Below are positions 55,486-64,000 of a stretch of 64,000 nucleotides of DNA, one piece after another (the first letter of the stretch is position 1; every line of letters begins with the position of its first letter). This DNA is from an uncultured Planctomycetota bacterium (lineage in GTDB: Bacteria; Planctomycetota; Phycisphaerae; Tepidisphaerales; Tepidisphaeraceae): NCBI GenBank assembly GCA_963841915.1, contig CAWJEN010000006.1, positions 587,272 through 651,271 of the forward strand, in the 5' to 3' direction. The translations under genes were made by a program, and so were the position numbers. Below the pieces are notes generated by a model. That model saw nothing but the letters and a program-made list of their open reading frames with translations, ran no database searches and was not told where the DNA came from.

Positions 55486-57003
55486 CTATTGAGCCGAGAC
55501 GACGGCCGGCTCCGTCAGGTCCGGCCGAACCATGCTCGGCGGTATGAGCTTGGAGGCGACGCTGCCGAAGACGTCGTCGGGGTTGACGAGATCGCTCGCT
55601 TTTACCTGAACGTACTTCAGCTTCATGACGTCGTCAGTCGAGACGGTGCCACGGACGCCGACGAACTTGGTAATGCGACCGGCCAGAGCCACGGCCTCGT
55701 CACCGCTGGCGCGAACGTAGATGACCGTGCGTTTGCTGATCGGATCGACGAGGCGGAACAGCGTGTCGCCGCCACGGGTCTGCAGGCTGCTCGTCTGGAG
55801 TTCGCCGACAGCTTCGTAAACGGTGACGCGGCCCATCTCGACACGCTCTGCCAGCTCGGCCCGCTCGGCCTCGAGGGCGGTGCGACGGTCATCGACGCCA
55901 GCCCGCATGCGGCGGATCTCTTCAAGATCGGCGAGTGCCTCACGACGGATGGTGACGGTCCGTAGTCGGGCTTCGAGCAATGGCACCAGGTTCAGCGACG
56001 CCGGGTCGCCGGCTTCACCCGCGAGGGCGATCAGCTCGGCGTAATCGGCCTCGAGTTCGGCGAGCGGTTGCTCGTGCAAGGGCAGCTCGGCCACCTCTTT
56101 GTACCGCGCGTCGATTGCCTCGAAACGGGCCATGACTTCACTCGTCGCAATCGCCGGCGGCTCGATGACAACGGTCGGCTCTTCGGGCAGCTCGACGTCC
56201 ATCGGCTGATCGTCAATCGCAACCTCCGGCGTGTCGTCGATGACGATCTCCGGCTCGGCCTCAACCTCCGGCTCGTCGGCGACGACGGCTTGCGGCTCGG
56301 GCTCGACGGTCGTTTCGGCGATGGCCGGGACGGCTTCCTTGGGCAGCTCGCTGACGTTCCAGCCGGTCGGCGTCTCGGTCACGCGGACCTCACGGCCTTT
56401 GCCCATTTCCGTGATCGGCACGTAGAAGAAGACCATCTTCGGCGGCTCGATGCGGTAGTGGTTTCCCTGCTCGCCAACGACGCGAACAATGTCACCAGCC
56501 CGAAGCCGTTGGGCTGTGGATCCGATGCCCTCGCTGAGCAGGCTGCCGACGCGGACGCTGAGACCGTCACTGACGCGGCCGGTTTGTGCACCTTCGCCGA
56601 TGGTGCCGCGGACGTTGACGCGGCTCTTCGGTACGAGGCAGAAGGCATCTTCGGGTGGCAAGATGCGTAGGAAGTCGTCTTGTCGGGCGATGACGACGAC
56701 TTCGGCACCGGCCGGCAGGGTGGCGACGGCCAACTCACCGGACGACGGGCCGCCCCGGACGATTGCGCCGCCTTCGCGGGCGACGCCCATGAACTGCCGC
56801 GGTGCCAGGAAGCTTTCGCCGACGGTCGCGGTGTCGTCGTCCGTTTGTGCCGAGGCTGGTGTGGCGTAGGCGAAGACGCCGGTCGCAAAGGCGCAGGCGG
56901 CCAGGCGAACGGCGAGCTTCGACCGCCTGCCGCGGAAGAGGCGGACCTGTCGCTGGACAGCGTGACGATCAGAATTGCGGTATTGGGTGGCGTTGCCGGC
57001 CAT
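55486..57003 (-). CDS. secreted protein with SH3b-like modules, an acidic Pro/Glu-rich linker and a coiled coil
   Basis: Signal-like segment is LAVRLAACAFATGVFAYATPASAQ. Two SH3b-like segments are present (VRGGPSSGELAVATLPAGAEVVVIARQDDFLRI and RLRAGDIVRVVGEQGNHYRIE). The acidic run is EPEVEAEPEIVIDDTPEVAIDDQP. Confidence 0.6.
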   Translation of the reverse strand: MAGNATQYRNSDRHAVQRQVRLFRGRRSKLAVRLAACAFATGVFAYATPASAQTDDDTATVGESFLAPRQFMGVAREGGAIVRGGPSSGELAVATLPAGAEVVVIARQDDFLRILPPEDAFCLVPKSRVNVRGTIGEGAQTGRVSDGLSVRVGSLLSEGIGSTAQRLRAGDIVRVVGEQGNHYRIEPPKMVFFYVPITEMGKGREVRVTETPTGWNVSELPKEAVPAIAETTVEPEPQAVVADEPEVEAEPEIVIDDTPEVAIDDQPMDVELPEEPTVVIEPPAIATSEVMARFEAIDARYKEVAELPLHEQPLAELEADYAELIALAGEAGDPASLNLVPLLEARLRTVTIRREALADLEEIRRMRAGVDDRRTALEAERAELAERVEMGRVTVYEAVGELQTSSLQTRGGDTLFRLVDPISKRTVIYVRASGDEAVALAGRITKFVGVRGTVSTDDVMKLKYVQVKASDLVNPDDVFGSVASKLIPPSMVRPDLTEPAVVSAQ

Positions 57004-57150
57004 GGTGCACGTTCCTTGCGCTTGAATCGAACGTGTCGGACTCCGCCGACACTGGGGTCAGATCATGCCGGAATTGACCGGCGAGGTCAAAGGGTGGGCC
57101 GATAAAAATTGCCGTCGGCGTCTGCTCGGGATGCTGCACCAGATGCCGAC

Positions 57151-57624
57151 TCACACGCCCGCCAGCAGCGCGTCTCGTTCCTTGAGCACGGTGTCGAGCA
57201 TGCCGTTCACGAAGCGAAAGCTGTCTTTCGTCCCGAACTTCTTAGCAACTTCAATGGCTTCGTCGATGACGGCTTTGCCGGGTGTGGGCGTGTTGTTGAG
57301 CTCCCAGACGGCCAGCCGCAGGACGGCCCGGTCACTGGCGGCCATGCGGTGCGGCGGCCATTGCGGTGCCAGTCGCGTCAACATGTCATTGATCTGGTCC
57401 CATTGCTCCCAAACACCCTTGGCAGCGGCCACGGCACGGCGTCGGGCGTCGTGCAACTCCTTCGGGCCCCCCTTGAATTCAAGAGCGGTATGACCCGTCA
57501 CGGCCTCGGCGTCTTCGTCTCGAAGGCGACCTTCGGCGTCACACACAAAGACAAGCTGCATCGCCATCTCTCGGGCGAGGCGGGAACGCAGGCCGGTCTT
57601 GGTGATGTCAGGCGTTTCAGTCAC
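57151..57624 (-). CDS. nusB: transcription antitermination factor NusB
   Basis: Contains RLAREMAMQLVF, DRAVLRLAVWEL, VIDEAIEVAKKFG and FVNGMLD. An 8-bp overlap links it to ribH upstream. Confidence 0.9.
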   Translation of the reverse strand: MTETPDITKTGLRSRLAREMAMQLVFVCDAEGRLRDEDAEAVTGHTALEFKGGPKELHDARRRAVAAAKGVWEQWDQINDMLTRLAPQWPPHRMAASDRAVLRLAVWELNNTPTPGKAVIDEAIEVAKKFGTKDSFRFVNGMLDTVLKERDALLAGV

Positions 57625-58108
57625 GGGCTGGTGAGCGTAGGGGTGATACGTCGGCAGTCAGGTCGCGTCGTAGGGCGATCATCTCCAAGGCTGCTCGGGC
57701 CGCCTCGCCGCCGGCGTCGCCATGCGCTCCGCCGGAGCGGTCCAGCGCCTGCTGCTCGGTTTCCACAGTCAATACACCGAAAATGCACGGCACGCCGGTT
57801 TGAAGCGACGCATCCATCAAGCCGCGGGCGCAATTGCCGGCCACGTACTCGAAGTGCGGCGTTTCTCCGCGGATGACACAACCGACGGCAATGATTGCGT
57901 CGTAGTCACCCGACATTGCCGCCCACTTGGCCGCGGTCGGTAGCTCGTACGCGCCGGGCACGTCGCGGCAGCGGGCGTCGGGCAGAACCGCTCGGATGCC
58001 CTCTGCAATGCGATCGACGACGTGCCGATTCCAGCGGGTCGTCAGCACCAGCACCCGCACATCGGGCGGCGCGGTTGCATCCGTCGGCTTAGGGCGGTGG
58101 CGGCTCAC
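57617..58108 (-). CDS. ribH: 6,7-dimethyl-8-ribityllumazine synthase
   Basis: Contains VLVLTTRWNRHVVDRI, VPGAYELP, AIIAVGCVIRGETPHFEYV and FGVLTVET. Confidence 0.92.
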   Translation of the reverse strand: MSRHRPKPTDATAPPDVRVLVLTTRWNRHVVDRIAEGIRAVLPDARCRDVPGAYELPTAAKWAAMSGDYDAIIAVGCVIRGETPHFEYVAGNCARGLMDASLQTGVPCIFGVLTVETEQQALDRSGGAHGDAGGEAARAALEMIALRRDLTADVSPLRSPARD

Positions 58109-58143
58109 ATCTACAAGGTAGTGCGTCGGCTCTATCCTGCAGC

Positions 58144-59238
58144 GTGCAAGTCGAGACCATCCGCATCACAGGCATCGGCGACGGCTACGACGTTTCGGTC
58201 GCCGACGGGCTGCTGCACACCATCGGCGACGTCGCAAGGTCGGCGTGCCCGTCGGCCAAGTCGGCGGTGGTGGTGACGAACGACGCTGTCGGGCCGCTTT
58301 ACCTGCCGAGCGTCGAAAAGTCGATGCAATCGGCAGGTTTCGAGCCGATTGTCGTGGTGCTGCCGGACGGCGAGAGGCACAAGACGACGGAAGCGTTGCA
58401 AGCTGTCTACGACGCGGTGCTGCCGAGGCACATCGAGCGGTCGACGCCACTGATTGGCCTCGGCGGTGGCGTGATGACCGATCTGGCGGGGTTCGCCGCG
58501 GCGACGCTGCTACGCGGTTTGCCATACGTCGCGGTGCCGACAAGCCTGCTGGCGATGGTCGATGCCAGCGTCGGCGGCAAGACGGGCGTCAACCACGCAG
58601 CAGGCAAGAATCTCGTCGGTGCCTTCTACCCGGCGTCGGCGGTGGTCATCGACCCGACGACGCTCCGCACCCTGCCCGACCGCGAGCTGCGCGGCGGCTT
58701 GGCGGAATGCTTCAAGCACGACATCATCCGCGACGCCGAGCACTTGGCAATCATGGAGGCCGAGGCCGCGTCGTATCGCAGCGGCGACATCGGCACGCTC
58801 GGCCGACTTGTGGCACACAATGTCCGCATCAAGGCAGGTGTCGTTGCGGCAGACCCGTTTGAGCAGGGCGAGCGGGCACATCTGAACCTCGGGCACACGT
58901 TCGGGCACGCGTTCGAGAAGACGACCGACTACACGATGAGCCACGGCGAGGCGGTCGGTGTCGGCGTGGTGTGCGCCTGCCGGTTGGCGAAGCAGGTCGG
59001 GCTGATGAACGACGAAGCGCTGACTCGTGTCGAGCGGCTCGTCGTCGCATGCGGCCTGCCGATCGGTGGCGTCGCGGCGGAGGTCGAGGCGATCCTGGCG
59101 GTCATGCTCACTGACAAGAAGGTGCGCGGCGGCAAGGTGCGATTCGTCTTGCCCGTCGGTCTCGGCAACGCGACGGTGCGCGACGATATCGACCCGCAAC
59201 TCGTCCGCGACGTCGTAGGCTCCGTCGTTGCCCGCTGA
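58144..59238 (+). CDS. aroB: 3-dehydroquinate synthase
   Basis: Contains GLGGGVMTDLAGFAAATLLRGLPYVAVPTSLLAMVDASVGGKTGVNH and LNLGHTFGHAFE. Confidence 0.94.
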   Translation: MQVETIRITGIGDGYDVSVADGLLHTIGDVARSACPSAKSAVVVTNDAVGPLYLPSVEKSMQSAGFEPIVVVLPDGERHKTTEALQAVYDAVLPRHIERSTPLIGLGGGVMTDLAGFAAATLLRGLPYVAVPTSLLAMVDASVGGKTGVNHAAGKNLVGAFYPASAVVIDPTTLRTLPDRELRGGLAECFKHDIIRDAEHLAIMEAEAASYRSGDIGTLGRLVAHNVRIKAGVVAADPFEQGERAHLNLGHTFGHAFEKTTDYTMSHGEAVGVGVVCACRLAKQVGLMNDEALTRVERLVVACGLPIGGVAAEVEAILAVMLTDKKVRGGKVRFVLPVGLGNATVRDDIDPQLVRDVVGSVVAR

Positions 59239-60082
59239 CGCACCACTAGGACTCATCGCGGGCGAAGGTGTGTTTCCGCACCTCGTCGCTCGCGGTGCAA
59301 GGGCGGCGGGGCGACGCGTCATTTGCGTCGGGTTCGAAGGAGTGGCCGACCCGTCGCTCGTGGGCGAAGTCGACGCATACCGCCGGGTGAGCCTGACGCG
59401 TCTGGCGAGTTGGGCTCGCTTCTTGAGGCGTCACGGCTGCAGCGAGGCCATCATGGTGGGCCGCGTCAAGAAGCAGGAGTTGCACCGCTCCAGCGGCCTG
59501 ATGTGGGCGGTTCGGCAGGTGCCAGACTGGACGACGTTCTGGGCGTGGTGGACAAAGCTGCGTCACGACCGCACGAGCGATACCGTGTTACTCACGACGG
59601 CACGACTGCTTCAGGAACGAGGAATCACGCTCATCGACTCGACCCGCTACACGACCGATCAGATGGCGACGGTCGGCGTGATGTCGACCCGCCAACCGAC
59701 GCCGCTCGAGCAGCAGGCCGTCGACCGCGGCTGGCACGTGGCAGGTCTTATCACGCGCGAAGACATCGGTCAGAGCGTGGCTGTGCGGAACAACGATGTG
59801 CTGGCGGTCGAGGCGACGGAAGGTACCGACGCCATGATCCGCCGGGCGGGCGAGCACTGCCGTGACGGCGGCTGGACGCTCATCAAACGTGGCAACACCC
59901 GGGCCGACCCGCGGATGGACGTTCCGACGATCGGCATGAACACGATCGAGCTGCTGAAGTCGTCGGGCGCAACGTGCCTCTGTGTCGAGGCGAAGCAGGT
60001 GATCTTCCTGGAGAAAGACAAGATTCTCGCCGCCGCAGACGCGGCGGGCATCTGCGTCGTCGGACGGATTGATGCGTCGTAG
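59228..60082 (+). CDS. lpxI: LpxI-family UDP-2,3-diacylglucosamine hydrolase (DUF1009)
   Basis: Contains LGLIAGEGVFPHLVARGARAAGRRVICVGF and RMDVPTIGMNTIELLKSSGATCLCVEA. An 11-bp overlap links it to aroB. Confidence 0.8.
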   Translation: MPADAPLGLIAGEGVFPHLVARGARAAGRRVICVGFEGVADPSLVGEVDAYRRVSLTRLASWARFLRRHGCSEAIMVGRVKKQELHRSSGLMWAVRQVPDWTTFWAWWTKLRHDRTSDTVLLTTARLLQERGITLIDSTRYTTDQMATVGVMSTRQPTPLEQQAVDRGWHVAGLITREDIGQSVAVRNNDVLAVEATEGTDAMIRRAGEHCRDGGWTLIKRGNTRADPRMDVPTIGMNTIELLKSSGATCLCVEAKQVIFLEKDKILAAADAAGICVVGRIDAS

Positions 60083-60090
60083 GCCGATGC

Positions 60091-60143
60091 GTACCCCCGG
60101 CTGAAGATCAGTACCTTCGGCTGAAGATCAGTACCCCCGGCTG
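60091..60143 (-). repeat. three 20-bp-spaced copies of the tRNA 3' end (CAGCCGGGGGTAC)
   Basis: The minus strand reads CAGCCGGGGGTAC-TGATCTT-CAGCCGAAGGTAC-TGATCTT-CAGCCGGGGGTAC. The first copy (60143-60131) is the last 12 nt of the tRNA plus one more nucleotide. Coordinates were anchored on ORF 59770..60162. Confidence 0.85.
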
Positions 60144-60204
60144 GATTCGAACCAGCAACCAAGCGATTATGAGTCGCCTGCTCTGACCATTGAGCTACAG
60201 GGGC
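60132..60204 (-). tRNA. tRNA with CAT anticodon (elongator Met or lysidine-type Ile2)
   Basis: Hand-folded. Acceptor GCCCCTG/CGGGGGT. D arm GCTC-AATGGTCA-GAGC. Anticodon arm GGCGA-CTCATAA-TCGCT. T arm GCTGG-TTCGAAT-CCAGC. Discriminator A. It is not an initiator, since it lacks the three G-C pairs in the anticodon stem. As I recall it, the anticodon arm resembles E. coli ileX. Confidence 0.85.
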
Positions 60205-60212
60205 GTCGCTCG

Positions 60213-61862
60213 CTATGAGCTTAGCAAAGCGGCCTCGTCGTGGGGCGCGTAGAGGTGGTCGAGCTCGAGGTTGTCGACACGTATCTGGGCCGTCTCTGCG
60301 TAGAAGCCGAGTCTGCCGTCGCGGAAGGTGTCATCAACGAGGCTCAGCCGCACGTAGCCGTCGATGCTGAGTTCGATGTACCTGCCGTAAGCGACGAGCT
60401 CGAACTCCCAGGGGCCGGCGCGGTCGCTGAGGAAGTTGGAGTTCTGAATCGCGTTGAAGCTGAAGGCGTGCTCACCGACGCCGTCGTCGTTGGTGGGCGT
60501 GACGCCGGGCAGGATAGCGTCAGTGCCGCTGGCTTCAGGGGCGTCGTGGTAGTTGCTCTTCCAGGCACGCAGTTGGGCGAGACCCTTTTGCAAATCGAGC
60601 GACAGGTAGTAGCCGCTGGTGGTCGGTTCGTTGAGGCGGAAGACGAAGCCGCACTTGCCGCGACCTTCGAGGCTGAGCTTGCCGCGGAGGCGGAAGTCGC
60701 GGTGGGTGCCCTGGAGCAGGAAAGTCTCGAAGCCGGCGTCGCTGCCGAACCAGCAATCGAGGTCGTTGGAGCCGACCTTGCTATCCGGGTTGCCGGCGAT
60801 GGGTCGCAGCGGTGCGAGGTCGGCGGCGTGGAGGCTGCGTCGGACGGCTCGATTGAAGCCGTCAAAGCTCTTGAGCATCAGGCGGCCGTCCTCGTGCATG
60901 ACCAGCCGCTTAGGCGGGGGCATGAGGTTGCGGGCTTGGCCCCACTTGCTGGCGGCGGGTGATGAACCGGTGAAGTAAAAGTTGAAGATCAGGCGACCCA
61001 TGCCGTCCAAGTCGCAGACGTCGTTGCTGCTGGGTGCTTCGCCGCGAAGGCGACCATCGTCGTCGACCTCCTGGGCCTCGACCGGATACACACACGTGCG
61101 AGCGGCGTAATTGCCTTGCGGCAAGAGCACGTTGTCGAAGTAGTTCCGCCAAGGTCCCTTGAGCGTGTCGGCGTACCAGTACCGCACCTTCACGTCCTCA
61201 CGGATCGAGCCGATCAGGAAGTACGTCCCGCCGAGCTTGAACAGGCCCGGCACCTCGACATCGTCGTACCGCCTCGGGTGGTACAAAGGCGGGCGAAACT
61301 CCCATTTGTCCCGTTCGACTTCTTCGGCGACGGCCACGCAGCCGCGGCGGATCACGGGACCATATTTCACACGCCCGCTCGCCAACAACATCCGCTTGCC
61401 ACCGTCACAAAAAAACAGCGGGTCGCGGAAACTGACCCATTTGCGGCCTTCGTTGAGCCCGCTCTCGTAAAACGTCTCACCGCCGCGGGCGACTTCGAGC
61501 GGGTACGTGTTGTCGTTGACCTTCGTCCAGTGAATCAGGTCATCACTGACGGCGAGACCGATTCGCTGGATACGACCGCGTTCGTGCCGACTCAACCCCG
61601 TGTAGAACATCCGCCATTTTCCCGGAAGATCCGGGTCAGCACTGACGTTCATCGTCCACAGCGCGTCGTCGTCCCAGGCGCCGGGATTACCGATGAACAG
61701 TGCATTGTCGATGCGTCGCCAGTTGAGCCCGTCGTCGCTGACGGCATGGGCGATGTAGTCGTGGTTCGGCAGAACCAGATGAAAGAGGTGAAACGTCCCC
61801 TCGTGATAAACGACGTCGACGTCGCCGATGTTGCGGGGCTCGAAGCCGACGTCGGAATACAT
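60213..61862 (-). CDS. GH32/GH68-clan-like beta-propeller glycosidase fused to a concanavalin-like (DUF1080/LamG-type) C-terminal domain
   Basis: N-terminal part is VVYHEGTFHLFHLV, DDGLNWRR, WDDDALWTMNV, WRMFYTG and FRDPLFF. The C-terminal beta-sandwich ends in RDGRLGFYAETAQIRVDNLEL. No signal peptide is present. Confidence 0.7.
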   Translation of the reverse strand: MYSDVGFEPRNIGDVDVVYHEGTFHLFHLVLPNHDYIAHAVSDDGLNWRRIDNALFIGNPGAWDDDALWTMNVSADPDLPGKWRMFYTGLSRHERGRIQRIGLAVSDDLIHWTKVNDNTYPLEVARGGETFYESGLNEGRKWVSFRDPLFFCDGGKRMLLASGRVKYGPVIRRGCVAVAEEVERDKWEFRPPLYHPRRYDDVEVPGLFKLGGTYFLIGSIREDVKVRYWYADTLKGPWRNYFDNVLLPQGNYAARTCVYPVEAQEVDDDGRLRGEAPSSNDVCDLDGMGRLIFNFYFTGSSPAASKWGQARNLMPPPKRLVMHEDGRLMLKSFDGFNRAVRRSLHAADLAPLRPIAGNPDSKVGSNDLDCWFGSDAGFETFLLQGTHRDFRLRGKLSLEGRGKCGFVFRLNEPTTSGYYLSLDLQKGLAQLRAWKSNYHDAPEASGTDAILPGVTPTNDDGVGEHAFSFNAIQNSNFLSDRAGPWEFELVAYGRYIELSIDGYVRLSLVDDTFRDGRLGFYAETAQIRVDNLELDHLYAPHDEAALLSS

Positions 61863-61892
61863 GGGTGCTAAGGGTAGGCCCGGCCCTACGAA

Positions 61893-62354
61893 TTACAGCT
61901 TTTCGTCTTCTTCAGCGATAAGGTCGTACATCTGCCGGGCGGTCTTGGCGGCGAGCAGTTCTTTTCGCACGTCTGCCTTGGCCATGATCTTGCTGACGCG
62001 GGCCAGCGCGTTGATGTGCGGGCCTGTCTTGTCGATCGGGCTCGACAGCAGCCAGACGAGCGAGACGGGCTTGCCGTCGATTGACTCGAAGTCGACGGGC
62101 TTGTCGAGGCGGCCCAGCGCCATGACGAGCTGCTTGACGCCGTCTGTCTTGCCGTGCGGGATGGCCAGGCCGTCACCAATGCCGGTCGTGCGGGTCTTTT
62201 CCCGCTCGAGCACAGCCGTCCGCACTTTGGCGGCGTCGGCGAGGTCGCCGTTGGTGTCGAGCAGGTCGATGAGCTCACCAATGACGCCGACCTTGTCTTC
62301 GGCGACCACGGGAAGCTTGACATTTTCGGGCTTGAGGAGGTCGGTCAGACGCAT
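61893..62354 (-). CDS. ptsN: PTS EIIA-Ntr type nitrogen regulatory protein
   Basis: Contains REKTRTTGIGDGLAIPHGKT (phospho-His) and a typical 153-aa length. Confidence 0.85.
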   Translation of the reverse strand: MRLTDLLKPENVKLPVVAEDKVGVIGELIDLLDTNGDLADAAKVRTAVLEREKTRTTGIGDGLAIPHGKTDGVKQLVMALGRLDKPVDFESIDGKPVSLVWLLSSPIDKTGPHINALARVSKIMAKADVRKELLAAKTARQMYDLIAEEDEKL

Positions 62355-63505
62355 GAGACGAACCGGCGCGGAAGAGGTGGCTCAGAGGAGGGCGTCCCGC
62401 GGGAGGCAACAACAGGCGTTGTCGAGGCCGGGGCGGGCGGCAGTGTAGGCCGCCGACCCTTGACGTTGATAGATGTAACAGCCGAAAGCACCGCATCGAC
62501 GCCGACGCGGTCGATGCAACTTCTGGCGTCGTCGTGCAGGCACGTACCCGTCTGCCAGCAGTCGGGCATCTTCAGCGTCGCGTCGTCGCGGTACGGGCAG
62601 TCGCACGCCCTACCAAGCCCGCGAGCTTCGACGTGTCGCGGCAGGATCACGTTGGCACTGCTCGGCCCGAACAGCCCAACCACCGGCAGGCCGACCGCAG
62701 CAGCGATGTGCATCAAGCCCGTGTCATTCCCGACGTACAGGCCGCACCGCTTCAGCAACGCCGCCTGGTGGAGCAACGGCTCAGGCCCCACGACCGTCGC
62801 CTGCCTTTGTTCGGAGAACTGCTCTGCCGCCGATGTATCGTCGCCGCAAAAGACGAATACGCGGCCGTGCTCCGTGGCAAGTTGCTCCAGTACGGCCTCG
62901 AACCGCTGGGCCGGCCACCGCTTGAGGTCGAGCGACGCGACCGGTGCGACCGCCGCAGGCACGTCGTTGCCGACCATGTCATCGGCCCACGCCTCGTCTT
63001 CGTCACGAAGCGTCAGCGCCGGACTTGCGTCTTCGTCAATATCCACGCCCCAGCCCGACGCTGCGGCCAAGGTGGAGGCACGGGTCAAGCCCTCACCGCG
63101 TCGGGTGGCTGCGTCCTGCACCGCTTGGTCGCACTCCACGCTAACGTAGCCGAGCGACCAGATGATCTCTCGGACCGCGGCTGCAGCGTGCAGCGTGTCG
63201 AGGACAAGATCGAACCGCCGCTGCCCGTCCAGCCACGCCGCAAATTCCGGTGCCTCGTTGATGCCGATGTGGTCGACGCCCTTTGACCGGACGTCCACAA
63301 CCTCATCGACAATGTCACCCGCTTCGAGCAACTGAGTTGCCGGCGACGCACCGACGGCAACGACATGTGCCCCCGGCGTCACGCGACGCAAAGCGCCAAG
63401 AGCGGGCAGCTGCATCACGAGGTCACCGATGCCCCAGCGGAGGCACACCAGCACGCGTCTGGCAGCAGCAAAATCATCTCGTCGGTACGGCAAACGAATG
63501 GACAC
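62345..63505 (-). CDS. GT9 family glycosyltransferase (heptosyltransferase-like)
   Basis: Contains RVLVCLRWGIGDLVMQLPALGAL, YVGNDTGLMHIAAAVGLPVVGLFGPS. A 10-bp overlap links it to ptsN. Confidence 0.8.
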   Translation of the reverse strand: MSIRLPYRRDDFAAARRVLVCLRWGIGDLVMQLPALGALRRVTPGAHVVAVGASPATQLLEAGDIVDEVVDVRSKGVDHIGINEAPEFAAWLDGQRRFDLVLDTLHAAAAVREIIWSLGYVSVECDQAVQDAATRRGEGLTRASTLAAASGWGVDIDEDASPALTLRDEDEAWADDMVGNDVPAAVAPVASLDLKRWPAQRFEAVLEQLATEHGRVFVFCGDDTSAAEQFSEQRQATVVGPEPLLHQAALLKRCGLYVGNDTGLMHIAAAVGLPVVGLFGPSSANVILPRHVEARGLGRACDCPYRDDATLKMPDCWQTGTCLHDDARSCIDRVGVDAVLSAVTSINVKGRRPTLPPAPASTTPVVASRGTPSSEPPLPRRFVSCV

Positions 63506-63604
63506 GACGCCACCCTAAGACGACCGCCAGCAGTAACAATCTCCGTCTTTTTGCCGGCGTTCCTGCACGACAAGCTGCCTGCGCCCATGCCACCAGGAGC
63601 AGGC

Positions 63605-64000
63605 TTACTCGGTCAACGCCTCGTCGGGAATGTCGGCGTTGTGGCTGACGCTTTGCACGTCGTCGTTGTCCTCGAGGTTGTCGATCAGCGTCAGCACCTT
63701 GCGGGCCGTCTCGACGTCGAGCTCGATCAGGTTCTGCGCGATGTTCGTCAGCTCGCTCGACTCCAAAGGCACCTCGGCCGCTTCGAGCGCGTCCTTCACT
63801 TGTGCGTAGTTCGTCGCCTCGCAGTAAATGACGAAACCCTCGCCTTCGTTTTGTACATCGCTCGCGCCGGCTTCGAGGGCGACGTCCATCAGCTTCTCCT
63901 CACTCATCGCGCCGGCGTCGACGGCAAACACGCCCATCAGGTCGAACTGATACGCGACGCTTCCGCTTGTGCCGAGACTGCCACCCGACCGGCCGAAGAT
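63605..64000 (-). CDS. yebC: YebC/PmpR family DNA-binding regulator (5' end outside window)
   Basis: The track ORF 63605..63937 continues upstream to the window edge (IFGRSGGSLGTSGSVAYQFDLMGVF...). The C-terminus is LIDNLEDNDDVQSVSHNADIPDE. Confidence 0.85.
   Translation of the reverse strand: MFGRSGGSLGTSGSVAYQFDLMGVFAVDAGAMSEEKLMDVALEAGASDVQNEGEGFVIYCEATNYAQVKDALEAAEVPLESSELTNIAQNLIELDVETARKVLTLIDNLEDNDDVQSVSHNADIPDEALTE

Noticed and set aside
58109-58143. Looked for an FMN riboswitch upstream of ribH, and for SAM-type leaders upstream of metXW (5365-5429)
   Set aside because: The ribH-aroB divergent gap is only 35 bp and the metXW leader is only 65 bp. Both are too short for these riboswitch aptamers, and no conserved riboswitch cores were seen.

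Overview
GC-rich bacterial chromosomal window (about two-thirds G+C by eye, not computed). It is densely coding on both strands, with many long antisense ORFs that are GC artefacts. I support about 55 protein genes, 2 tRNAs, 6 rho-independent-type terminators, 2 parS-like palindromes and 2 repeat structures. I saw no CRISPR array, rRNA, transposase, integrase or phage genes.

Gene content:
- Housekeeping genes: nif3, metX-metW fusion, aguB, clpB, argC, gltD, nadA, nuoA, nuoB, nusB, ribH, aroB, lpxI, ptsN, yebC.
- A pstSCAB phosphate transporter whose two permeases are 2-3 times normal length.
- Envelope and glycan modification genes: GT2, two GT4, GT9, a TylF-like and an FkbM-like methyltransferase, and an HGSNAT-like acyltransferase.
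- A CAZyme-type locus of about 12 kb (30.5-42.5 kb): beta-helix protein, LamG protein, GntR/sugar-binding regulator, two glycosidase-like proteins of about 1200 aa, and a prepilin-like protein.

Several features point to a PVC-group organism, probably Planctomycetota/Phycisphaerae. This is inference only. The features are a PEP-CTERM protein, a prepilin-type N-terminus on a non-pilus protein, an LEPRxLL N-terminal motif, and an ECF sigma factor with a long extension.

Most notable observations:
1. Two identical parS-type palindromes 67 bp apart in a convergent intergenic gap.
2. An ECF sigma factor fused in frame to a signal-peptide/TM segment and a 400-aa unknown domain, followed by a membrane protein gene interrupted by one in-frame TAA.
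3. A same-strand cassette of unknown function headed by an HTH-receiver regulator whose phospho-acceptor Asp is Asn.
4. PstC and PstA carrying large periplasmic insertions, beta-propeller-like in PstC.
5. A CAU-anticodon tRNA whose 3' end is repeated twice in 20-bp tandem units.
6. A roughly 200-bp long inverted repeat filling a divergent promoter region.

I cannot show from sequence alone that any of these is a truly new system. All functional calls come from motif recognition, not from searches.
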